In this document: piece by piece, positions 25,209 through 32,213 of the stretch
Numbering within the stretch: position 1 is the first letter of the stretch
Layout: each line of letters begins with the position of its first letter
Virus record (IMG/VR): IMGVR_UViG_3300037760_000304
Location: 1-45,146 of that record
Length of the DNA stretch: 45,146 nucleotides
Reading direction: 5' to 3' (one strand)
DNA from: a virus
Translations under genes and position numbers: made by a program
Notes under the pieces: generated by a model
Database searches by the model: none
What the model saw: only the letters and a program-made list of their open reading frames with translations
What the model was told of the DNA's origin: nothing

Positions 25209-25460
25209 TCAGCCTCCCGCCTGGCGCTCGAACTCGGCGAGGATCTCTTCGACGAGCCCGCGGCGGCCGATGGAGCGTGCGACGGCGAGCGGATCGCGCA
25301 GCTCCTCGAGCGAGGGGAGCCAGTTCGGGGCGAGGCGATCGAGCCACACGGCGAACTCCTGGGAGATGATCGGCGCGGGCGTCGGCTCGCCGTTCGGCGT
25401 GGGTCCGCGCGCCGCGGCGCGGACGCGGGCAAGGCGGGTCGGGCGTCCAGGCTGTTCCAT
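25209..25460 (-). CDS. Hypothetical protein (83 aa), first gene of the late minus-strand operon
   Basis: In-frame ATG 25460 of track ORF 25209..25511. Protein-like C-terminal part. Confidence 0.5.
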   Translation of the reverse strand: MEQPGRPTRLARVRAAARGPTPNGEPTPAPIISQEFAVWLDRLAPNWLPSLEELRDPLAVARSIGRRGLVEEILAEFERQAGG

Positions 25461-25501
25461 CGTGGGCCCCTGATGCTCATGCTTCGGGTGGAGGTTTGCA
25501 G

Positions 25502-28270
25502 ATGCCCGCACCCTACTCCGAGACCACCTACGTTGGGGTCTCTGGCGTCCAGGTCTACACGATCGGCTTCCCGTTCCTCAAGGCGTCGTACCTGTCGGTC
25601 TCGGTGACGCCAGTGGGGGGATCGCCTTCGCCGGCCACCTTCACGGTCATCAACGACCTCGCGGACGTCTCGATCAGCTCGCCTCTGATCGCGGGCGGAG
25701 AGACCATCCTGATTCAGCGGATGACCTCGCTCGAGGCGAGGCTCGTCGACTGGGAGAGCCCTGCGGCGCTGCGCGAGGACCAGATGGACCTCGCCGACGA
25801 CCAGTTCTTCCACCTGCTCCAGGAGCTCTACGACGACCTGGCGGGGTTGACGGTCATCGTCAACGAGCAGTCGCTCCCGCCGGGCGGTGCCGCGGGGGAC
25901 GTGCTGACGAAGGCCAGCGCGGTCGACTACGACGTGTTCTGGACGCCCCCTCCGGGCGGCGGTTCGGGCAGCGGGATCACCGGGGGCCTCAACGTCGGCG
26001 GCGGCGAGGAGGTGTTCCGCGACGTGACGGGCGCGGCGCTGGCCTTCCGCACGCTGGTCGCCGGCGCGGGCATCACGATCACGCAGGTCGGGGACACGCT
26101 CGAGCTGGAGTCGACGGCCGCGGGCGGCGGCGAGGTGAACACCGGCTCGAACGTGGGCGTGGACGGCACGGGCGTCTTCGACGGGAAGGTGGGCGCCGAT
26201 CTTCAGTTCCGCCACATCGCGGCGCTCGCCGGCGGGGGCCTCCAGGTCGACTTCGACGCGGGCCAGAACGACATCGACATCTCGATCGCGACCAGCGGCG
26301 TCACGCAGACGAAGATCGCTGACGGCCATGTGACGCTGACGAAGCTTGCCGACATCGCGCAGCACACCCTCCTAGGGCGCTTCGGCGCGGGCTCTGGTGT
26401 GCCGCAGCAGCTCCGCGCGAGCGACCTCGTGCTCGTCACCAGTGCGGCGACGGCCGACCTGCTGCTGCTCTACAAGTCGACGGGCGAGCTGCGTGCGATC
26501 TCGCCTTCGGACGTGCTGCCGCCCGGGAGCGTGGGCAACCCCGACCTCTCGCAGATGCCGGGGAACAGCCTGAAGGGCAACGCGATGGGCAGCGCGGCGA
26601 CGCCGCAGGATCTCATCATCTCCTCGATCACGACGGAGGCGGTGCCGGTCACGGCGGACTTCTCGATCGGCTTCACGGCTTCGGGCAACCTGCGGAAGTT
26701 CCCGCTGTCGGCCCTGCCCTCCGCCGGCGCGGCGGTCTCCTTCGTGACCATCGCCTGCCCGTCGGGCACGAACCCGGTGGCGGACCTGGCGGCCGACACG
26801 CTGACCCTGCTCGCGCCCGGCGCCGTCTCGGTCGTGGGCAGCGCGGCCGCCGACTCGGTGACGCTCGACCTGGCCGCGAACGGGGTGACGAACCTGCACC
26901 TCGCGGACATGGCGGCCGACCGGCTGAAGGGCCGGCTGTCCGGCTCCGGCGACCCGCAGGACATCGCGCTCGCGGACATGACGGAGGTGGGCGTTCCCGC
27001 GGCGGGCCACAAGCTGCTCGGCTACTCGGGCGGCGCGCTGCGCGTCTTCGACGTGGGCAACCTGCCGTCGGTCGGCGGCGGCACGGTCAACGCCGGGGCC
27101 AACATCAACGTCGGCGGGGTCGGCGTCTTCGACAGCATCAACGCCGACACGCTCCAGTTCCGCGGCATCAACGCGATCACGCTGGGGGGCATCCAAGTCA
27201 CGCTCGACGCGGGCAACGCCGAGATCGACCTGGAGATCGCCGACGGCGGCGTGACCAACGTGAAGCTCGCGAACGTCGGCTCGAGCACACTCAAGGGCCG
27301 CACGACCGCGGGCACCGGGACACCCCAAGACCTCGTTGAGACGGACTTCACCACCGGCGTCCCGTCGACGACGAACACGCTGATCTTTTGGGCTGGCCCG
27401 AACCTGCGTAAGGCCACCTTCCAGTCGATCGCCCCCTCGCTTTCGCTCACCGAAAGCCACCTGCCGAACATTGGCGCCTGGACAATCGTTGGGCGCAACT
27501 CGTCCTCGACGGGCTCTCGCCAGGCGTTCACGGTGCCGGGCCTCGCGCTGGCGACGCCGGCCGGCTCCGATCTCGTACTGGGCGCGCTGGCCTCCGGCGA
27601 GCTTCGGCACTTCACCGTCTCCTCGCTTGCCACGGGCGGCATCGTCGCCGAGGACGTCTTCTGGGCCACCTGGCACTCGCAGGGTGCGCGCGTCGTGGAC
27701 TTCCAGAACACCTCCGCGCAGCCCGGCAGCCCCACGAACTACGACGCCTACATCCTCCCCGCGTCGCCCACGGGCGTCAACTGGTCGGGGCAGGGCAACA
27801 AGGTCGCCCTTTTCAAGGACATCTGGTACTTCCGCAGCTTCACGGACGGCCTGCACGTGCACGTCAAGAAGAGCTCGACGCACCACTTCGCCGGCGTCGG
27901 CGCGATTTGGGAAGCGACGCAGGGCGAGTGGTATCCCGACATCGAAATCTACTCCGCGGTCGAGCACTACACAGGGAAGCGCAGCCGCGAGACGGGCGGC
28001 CCCCTCTACCGCAAGTCGCTCTTCTTCAACATGAGCGGCGCCGTCTCCACGGTTGCCGCCCACGGCATCAGCGGCATCCTCACAGGCGACGCGCAGACGA
28101 CGGTGAAGGCCACGATGACGGCGGGCAGCCAGTGCGTGCAGCTCCCGCAGAACTTCTCCGGCTTCGTCGTCGAGCTCAAGGTGAACACGACCAACGTGCT
28201 CGTCGACTCGAACCCCGCGGTCTCCTCCTCCTTCCAGGTCGTCGCCACAGTCGAGGCGGCCAAGGCATAA
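25502..28270 (+). CDS. Tail fibre (T7 gp17-type N-terminal adaptor domain, repeat-rich shaft, distinct C-terminal domain)
   Basis: GGAGG at 25490-25494 then ATG 25502. The N-terminus (...ILIQRMTSLEARLVDWESPAALREDQMDLADDQ...QE) parallels T7 gp17 (...[33 protein letters not shown]...EE). Confidence 0.9.
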   Translation: MPAPYSETTYVGVSGVQVYTIGFPFLKASYLSVSVTPVGGSPSPATFTVINDLADVSISSPLIAGGETILIQRMTSLEARLVDWESPAALREDQMDLADDQFFHLLQELYDDLAGLTVIVNEQSLPPGGAAGDVLTKASAVDYDVFWTPPPGGGSGSGITGGLNVGGGEEVFRDVTGAALAFRTLVAGAGITITQVGDTLELESTAAGGGEVNTGSNVGVDGTGVFDGKVGADLQFRHIAALAGGGLQVDFDAGQNDIDISIATSGVTQTKIADGHVTLTKLADIAQHTLLGRFGAGSGVPQQLRASDLVLVTSAATADLLLLYKSTGELRAISPSDVLPPGSVGNPDLSQMPGNSLKGNAMGSAATPQDLIISSITTEAVPVTADFSIGFTASGNLRKFPLSALPSAGAAVSFVTIACPSGTNPVADLAADTLTLLAPGAVSVVGSAAADSVTLDLAANGVTNLHLADMAADRLKGRLSGSGDPQDIALADMTEVGVPAAGHKLLGYSGGALRVFDVGNLPSVGGGTVNAGANINVGGVGVFDSINADTLQFRGINAITLGGIQVTLDAGNAEIDLEIADGGVTNVKLANVGSSTLKGRTTAGTGTPQDLVETDFTTGVPSTTNTLIFWAGPNLRKATFQSIAPSLSLTESHLPNIGAWTIVGRNSSSTGSRQAFTVPGLALATPAGSDLVLGALASGELRHFTVSSLATGGIVAEDVFWATWHSQGARVVDFQNTSAQPGSPTNYDAYILPASPTGVNWSGQGNKVALFKDIWYFRSFTDGLHVHVKKSSTHHFAGVGAIWEATQGEWYPDIEIYSAVEHYTGKRSRETGGPLYRKSLFFNMSGAVSTVAAHGISGILTGDAQTTVKATMTAGSQCVQLPQNFSGFVVELKVNTTNVLVDSNPAVSSSFQVVATVEAAKA
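25973..27631 (+). repeat. Internal protein-level repeats within the tail fibre (about five divergent ~55-100-aa units)
   Basis: GVTQTKIADGHVTLTKLADIAQHTLLGRFGAGSGVPQQL, GVTNLHLADMAADRLKGRLSGSGDPQDI, GVTNVKLANVGSSTLKGRTTAGTGTPQDL and LSQMPGNSLKGNAMGSAATPQDL. GGGEVNTGSNVGVDGTGVFDG...LQFRHI also parallels GGGTVNAGANINVGGVGVFDS...LQFRGI. Confidence 0.8.
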
Positions 28271-28282
28271 GGAATCCCCCTC

Positions 28283-28993
28283 ATGGCAACCGAAGCATTC
28301 TGGAACGTCGTCCAATTCGGCCTCAACACCCCGCCGGGCAGTCCGGCCGCCAACGCCGAGTACCTCACAGGCGCCGCGCCGACCGGCGTGTGGGCGCTCC
28401 ACCCCAACAAGATCGCGCGCGAGACATTCGGCACCGGCGAGTGGGCCTTCTTCGACCTGGCGCTCGGCCACCGCATCTACGCGCAGGATCTCAACGCCCA
28501 CTACTTCCACGACGGGCTCGAGCCGATCCGCGCCTCGGCCGGCGCCGCCTTCTCGGCGAAGCTCACCGCGAACCAGACGGTCACCGCCTCTTACGCCGAC
28601 ATCGTTGGATGGGACGGGGCCGACCTCATCGACTCCAACACCTTCTCGTGGGTCGCCGCCACGGGCATCCTCACAGTCAACCGCAAGATCAGGAAGCTCC
28701 AGATCGAGGCCGCGATCCGCATCGACTACTCCTCCGGGTCGGCCTCGAACTGCGCCACAGTCAAGCTCCAGCGCGACCCCGGGACCGGCTCGTGGGCCGA
28801 CGTCGCCGGCACCGAGACGGGCGCGGGCGTCAGCAGCGCCACGGCCTTGAACATCAACGCCTCGCCGCTGCGCAAGCTCATCACCGCGAGCCCTGGGCAC
28901 CGCTTCAAGCTCCAGGTCGACCAGAACACAGGCGGCGGCGTCATGGTCGTCACCGCGGCCGGCACCACACTGGCCGCCACCGAGATCCTCTAA
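28283..28993 (+). CDS. Tail-fibre-associated protein (236 aa) with DUF2793-like N-terminal motif
   Basis: PPGSPAANAEYLTGAAPTGVWALHPNKIARETFGTGEWAFFDLALGH repeats a motif in the fibre C-terminus and resembles DUF2793 as I remember it. Confidence 0.65.
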   Translation: MATEAFWNVVQFGLNTPPGSPAANAEYLTGAAPTGVWALHPNKIARETFGTGEWAFFDLALGHRIYAQDLNAHYFHDGLEPIRASAGAAFSAKLTANQTVTASYADIVGWDGADLIDSNTFSWVAATGILTVNRKIRKLQIEAAIRIDYSSGSASNCATVKLQRDPGTGSWADVAGTETGAGVSSATALNINASPLRKLITASPGHRFKLQVDQNTGGGVMVVTAAGTTLAATEIL

Positions 28994-29032
28994 CCCTTTC
29001 ACCTCTCACTCACTCCATTTGGAGCTACTCAC

Positions 29033-29446
29033 ATGGTTCTCCTCGAACGTTCGGCCGCCCGCGGCGGCGCCATCGACACCTGGACCGGCACCGTCACGGC
29101 CCGGCTCTCCCCTTCGATCCCCGTCGCCTCCAACCTCGGCGGGTCCATCAAGTCCGAGACGCCGACCGGCGGCGAAGCGACCGACACCGCCCGGCTCACC
29201 ATCAACTGCCTCGGCGACCCGGACGCCGCGGGCGGCACCGTCGCCTGCACCGTCCAGGGCTCCGCCGACAACGTGAACTGGCAGACCATCGCCACGATCG
29301 CCCAAACCGACTTCGCCGCCGTCGCCGTCGGCGTGGCCACCACTCAGACGGCCTCCAAGACCTTCTCCCCCTTCCCCTTCAACCGCATCTCCACAACGAC
29401 CGTCGGGCAGACCACCCAGGTCTACACCGCCTACTTCCAGTTCTGA
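29033..29446 (+). CDS. Hypothetical beta-rich (Thr/Ala/Gly) protein, 137 aa, probable virion/fibre accessory
   Basis: Track ORF. TGGAG lies upstream of the ATG. Confidence 0.6.
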   Translation: MVLLERSAARGGAIDTWTGTVTARLSPSIPVASNLGGSIKSETPTGGEATDTARLTINCLGDPDAAGGTVACTVQGSADNVNWQTIATIAQTDFAAVAVGVATTQTASKTFSPFPFNRISTTTVGQTTQVYTAYFQF

Positions 29447-29450
29447 GCCC

Positions 29451-29666
29451 ATGACGGCCCGCCGCACCCCTGTCGCCCTGATCGGAGGCCCCCGTTGCGG
29501 CGAGTCCCTCCATCTCCCGGCGGGCAAGAACGGCGGGCCGTCCTCCTTCCGCCTCGCCATCCCCACGGCCGACGGGCTGCGCCTCCACCTCTACGAGCTC
29601 GTCGCCCCCCGCCCGCCCTGGCGCTTCCTCCACTCCGCCATCCGCCTCACCACCGCCTCCAGATGA
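29451..29666 (+). CDS. Hypothetical protein (71 aa)
   Basis: Track ORF. ATGA overlap with the next gene. Confidence 0.45.
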   Translation: MTARRTPVALIGGPRCGESLHLPAGKNGGPSSFRLAIPTADGLRLHLYELVAPRPPWRFLHSAIRLTTASR

Positions 29667-29998
29667 AGCCCCAACCCTTCACCTGCCCAGCCTGCGGCCG
29701 CGAGCAGACCGTCGAGCCCCGCGACCTCCGACGTCACCCCCGCTACCCCAACGACTGCTTCGAGGTCCGCTGCCGCTTCCGCGACTGCACCACCCCCTCC
29801 GCCGTCGCCGTCGACGCCCGCGGCACCCTCTCCCAATGGGCCGCCCGCACAGACCGCCGACGCCCCGGCCAGCTCGAGGTCGCCCCACGCTCCGAAGCCG
29901 ACCACTGGGGGCCCAAGCCCACCCACACCCCCATGGACCTCGCCGAATACTCCGCCACCCGCTCGGGCCGCCCAGGGCGACTCAAGGCCGTCCCGTGA
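29663..29998 (+). CDS. Zinc-ribbon protein (111 aa; CPACG...CRFRDC)
   Basis: In-frame ATG 29663 of track ORF 29495..29998, overlapping the upstream TGA. Confidence 0.5.
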   Translation: MKPQPFTCPACGREQTVEPRDLRRHPRYPNDCFEVRCRFRDCTTPSAVAVDARGTLSQWAARTDRRRPGQLEVAPRSEADHWGPKPTHTPMDLAEYSATRSGRPGRLKAVP

Positions 29999-30255
29999 GG
30001 AAGAAGCCCGAGATCCCCAGCGCCCTGCCCGCCGGCGAAGACCTCGGCGCCGAGGACGGCCTCGAAGGCTGCCTCCTCCTCGACCTCCGCACCGTCCTCG
30101 ACGGATACAAGCGCTCTGGCCTCACGATGGCCGCCGTCACCGGCTGCGTCTCCCTCCTCCTCCAAGAAGAGCTCGAGGCCATGCGCGAGCCCTACGCCCG
30201 CGACACCGAGACCTGCGACGAGGACGAAGGCGAAGACTGGAAGGCCCCCGCCTAG
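29995..30255 (+). CDS. Hypothetical acidic protein (86 aa)
   Basis: GTG 29995 overlaps the upstream TGA (GTGA), in frame with track ORF 29836..30255. Confidence 0.4.
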   Translation: MRKKPEIPSALPAGEDLGAEDGLEGCLLLDLRTVLDGYKRSGLTMAAVTGCVSLLLQEELEAMREPYARDTETCDEDEGEDWKAPA

Positions 30256-30425
30256 CCCCCGCTCACCGGCGCCCCGAACACCGCCCAGCCGATCAGCAGG
30301 AACAGCACGAAGGGGATCAGACCGCCCCACACCAGCGGCCCCTCCGACCTGCGGGTGTACCCGCCGTGCACGCCGAGGAAGAACAGCAGCGCCAGGAAGA
30401 TCCAGTACCAGAAGGGGATGCTCAT
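30252..30425 (-). CDS. Small membrane protein (57 aa, two predicted TM helices)
   Basis: MSIPFWYWIFLALLFFLGVHGG...GGLIPFVLFLLIGWAVFGAP, from the in-frame ATG of track ORF 30252..30500. Confidence 0.5.
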   Translation of the reverse strand: MSIPFWYWIFLALLFFLGVHGGYTRRSEGPLVWGGLIPFVLFLLIGWAVFGAPVSGG

Positions 30426-30471
30426 GCGCCCACCTTCGACCGCCGCGTCCGCGCGGGCAACTGCCTGACGC

Positions 30472-30681
30472 TCAGCACTCCAGGTCCGCGCCCGCGGCAC
30501 CGCGCGCCATGATCTGCCGGTCCAGCCCGCGCGCTATCCCCTCCACCACCGCACGGTGAGCCTCCCGCAGCGGATCCGCCTCCCGCAGCAACGCCTCGCA
30601 CCGCGGGCACTCGAGCGGCTCCTCCCCCGCCCCACCCCATCGGCACGACCAGCACACCCAGGAGTCCGCGCTCGAGCTCAT
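30472..30681 (-). CDS. Zinc-ribbon protein (69 aa; CWSC...CPRC)
   Basis: In-frame ATG 30681 with an ATGA overlap on the upstream stop. Confidence 0.5.
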   Translation of the reverse strand: MSSSADSWVCWSCRWGGAGEEPLECPRCEALLREADPLREAHRAVVEGIARGLDRQIMARGAAGADLEC

Positions 30682-30890
30682 GCCGGCGCCCAAACGCCCT
30701 TCCTGACCTCGGAGTACCCCATCAGCTCGAGCCGCTTCCGGCCACCCGGGGTGCACGGATCGGCCAGGAGGTAGATTTCCCCGGTCTCCGGCTCGAATTG
30801 ACTGCGCTCGTGTTGCGGGACCGCCTTGGCGTCCAGGATCCGCACGGCCTCGAGCATCTCGTCGAGAGGGATGTCGCTCACGCTCAGCAT
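30678..30890 (-). CDS. Hypothetical protein (70 aa)
   Basis: C-terminal 70 aa of track ORF 30678..31235 are protein-like (MLSVSDIPLDEMLEAVRILDAK...). The upstream part is a low-complexity translation of the G/C-rich island. No SD seen. Confidence 0.45.
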   Translation of the reverse strand: MLSVSDIPLDEMLEAVRILDAKAVPQHERSQFEPETGEIYLLADPCTPGGRKRLELMGYSEVRKGVWAPA

Positions 30891-30893
30891 CTC

Positions 30894-31076
30894 AGCAGGG
30901 GGGGAGGCCAGCCCGGAGGGAGGCGAAGGTCCCAACCGGGCCGGCGCAGGGGAAGAGCCCACGCAGCCTACCACGGGCAGGGAAGCACGCGCACCAGCAG
31001 GGGGGGGCCGGGGCCACCGAACCGAAGGCCCCAGCCCCCGATACAGGGCCCAGGGGAAGGGTAGCAGGGGGGGAGG
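30894..31076 (+). repeat. Two copies of AGCAGGGGGGGAGG (30894-30907 and 31063-31076)
   Basis: Exact 14-mer read twice, 169 bp apart. Confidence 0.85.
31046..31073 (+). other. Canonical G-quadruplex motif GGG-N4-GGGG-N2-GGG-N5-GGGGGGG
   Basis: Read from sequence. Fits G3+N1-7 repeated four times. Confidence 0.5.
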
Positions 31077-31122
31077 ACCGCAGACTTTCGTGGGGGCTAG
31101 AACGTCCACCTTGCCGCGGCTT

Positions 31123-31156
31123 CCCCCCCCTTGGGGCTCGAGGGGGGTGGGGGGGG
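31123..31156 (+). other. C8 tract followed by G4, G6 and G8 tracts (C8:G8 hairpin or second G4 motif)
   Basis: CCCCCCCC at 31123-31130, GGGG at 31133-31136, GGGGGG at 31142-31147, GGGGGGGG at 31149-31156. Confidence 0.6.
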
Positions 31157-31414
31157 TCGGCCTTCGACCTCGCCGGGCTCGATCGGCGCGGCGCTGCGAG
31201 CCTAAGCCCTTGCGCTGCATGGCCGAGCATCGCATTGCCTATGCGATAGCGCTCCCGGACCGGGCTCGAGCTCTGGCGTGGCGCGCCAACTTGAACCTCA
31301 CGTGAGAGTTGACCCACCTCTGACTGAGGCCCTGCTGCCTCTCTCACTCTCCTGCCCAGTGTGACCTCTCGGCCGCTCGGAGAAGCCCGGAAGGGCTCTG
31401 AGCTCTGGTCCATC

Positions 31415-31557
31415 CTCTGCTCTGCCTGCCCTGGCCTGCTCTGAGTCTCCTGCCTGCTTCTGCTGCCGCCTTCCGGCGCCGGGCTTCCTGAGCCGCAGTC
31501 CTGGACTCTGAGCCTGCCTGCTCTGTGCTGAGGGTACCGAGGCCCTGTCCTGCTCTG
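31415..31557 (+). repeat. Pyrimidine-rich tract with four copies of (C/T)CTGCTCTG
   Basis: CCTGCTCTG at 31435-31443, 31517-31525 and 31549-31557. TCTGCTCTG at 31416-31424. Spacing is irregular. Confidence 0.6.
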
Positions 31558-31748
31558 TCAAGCCTTGCGTCCCGGATGTTGTGAGCGTCGGGCTGGAGCT
31601 CGAGCCCTGCCCTCCTGGTCCGCATTCGCATTCCGTGCGATTTCTCCGGGTTTGTTGACACCTTCTGCTCGCCGGCGGCGTTTAGTGGTGCGGTGCTCGA
31701 TTGGTTCGAGCGCTCGGGCTCGGATTGACCTTCCGGGCTCGGACCGAT

Positions 31749-31766
31749 GACCTTGCAACTGGAGGA
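31749..31766 (+). promoter_or_regulatory. Copy 1 of conserved motif GACCTTGCAAC(T)GGAGGA, upstream of ATG 31774
   Basis: Exact string read. GGAGGA lies 7 nt from the ATG. Confidence 0.6.
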
Positions 31767-31773
31767 TGGACCG

Positions 31774-32124
31774 ATGACCGCTACCGACTTCGCGCGCTGC
31801 GTCTCCTGCCACGTGCCGACTCGTCGCTCGTTCCGTGGGGATGCGAGCTGCAAGGGCTGCACGCGCTCGAGGCTCTCGGAGCTCTGGAGCGATGCGAGCC
31901 TCGCGGGCTGGAAGGCTCTGGGCTCGGGCGCTACGGCGCCGCTGCTGCACGCGGAGAACTGTGCCACGGATGCGCTCGCCTTCCTGGACGCGGGGGACCG
32001 GGCGAAGGCCCTCGAGTTGTCGGAGCTCGCGGCGGGCTCGAGCGTGCACTTCGCGGGCTTCGCGCGCGCGGTCGCCGCGGCGGTCGAGCCGCATCCGCGC
32101 GGCTGGTTCCAGACTGAGGGTTAG
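31774..32124 (+). CDS. Zinc-ribbon protein (116 aa; CVSC...CKGC); alternative start 31747
   Basis: Track ORF 31747..32124. ATG 31774 is the one preceded by the motif and SD. GGACCGATGACC is duplicated at 31741 and 31768, so both ATGs share the same context. Confidence 0.6.
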   Translation: MTATDFARCVSCHVPTRRSFRGDASCKGCTRSRLSELWSDASLAGWKALGSGATAPLLHAENCATDALAFLDAGDRAKALELSELAAGSSVHFAGFARAVAAAVEPHPRGWFQTEG

Positions 32125-32134
32125 GCCCGGTGCG

Positions 32135-32152
32135 GCGCGGCTCCGGCCGCGC
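32135..32152 (+). terminator. GC hairpin (GCGCGGC-UCCG-GCCGCGC) after the 31774..32124 gene
   Basis: 7-bp stem read from sequence. No U-tract. Confidence 0.4.
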
Positions 32153-32187
32153 GTCCCGATACTCCGCGCTCTACCGGGAGAGCGCAC

Positions 32188-32205
32188 GACCTTGCAACTG
32201 GAGGA
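32188..32205 (+). promoter_or_regulatory. Copy 2 of conserved motif GACCTTGCAACTGGAGGA, upstream of ATG 32214
   Basis: Identical 18-mer to copy 1. Confidence 0.6.
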
Positions 32206-32213
32206 CTGAGGCT

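Larger units (their letters stand above)
30891..31773. other. 883-bp non-coding island between divergent operons (G-rich half, then pyrimidine-rich half)
   Basis: No protein-like ORF. The plus strand is G-rich at 30.89-31.16 kb and C+T-rich at 31.30-31.56 kb. Dense in palindromes and short repeats. Confidence 0.7.

Noticed and set aside
25973-27631. The tail-fibre repeats as a diversity-generating retroelement (TR/VR pair).
   Set aside because: There is no reverse transcriptase anywhere in the genome. The repeats are divergent at protein level rather than near-identical DNA copies with adenine-specific differences.
31229-31247. A tRNA-like anticodon stem-loop (loop TTGCCTA, which would read GCC) as a tRNA or tRNA-derived attP core.
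   Set aside because: Position 37 of the loop would be a pyrimidine. I could find no acceptor, D or T arms around it. The 'GGTTCGAGC' at 31702 also lacks a complementary T-stem.
30826-31413. ORFs 30826..31305 (+), 30892..31413 (-) and 31298..31561 (-) inside the non-coding island.
   Set aside because: Their translations are Gly/Arg/Pro/Gln low complexity that directly mirrors the G-runs and CT-runs. They have no RBS and no coupling to neighbouring genes.
31415-31557. The CTGCTCTG repeats as a CRISPR array or iteron set.
   Set aside because: The units are only 8-9 bp with irregular spacing (19, 82 and 32 bp) and there is no repeat-spacer periodicity. An iteron or arm-site role remains possible but is unproven.
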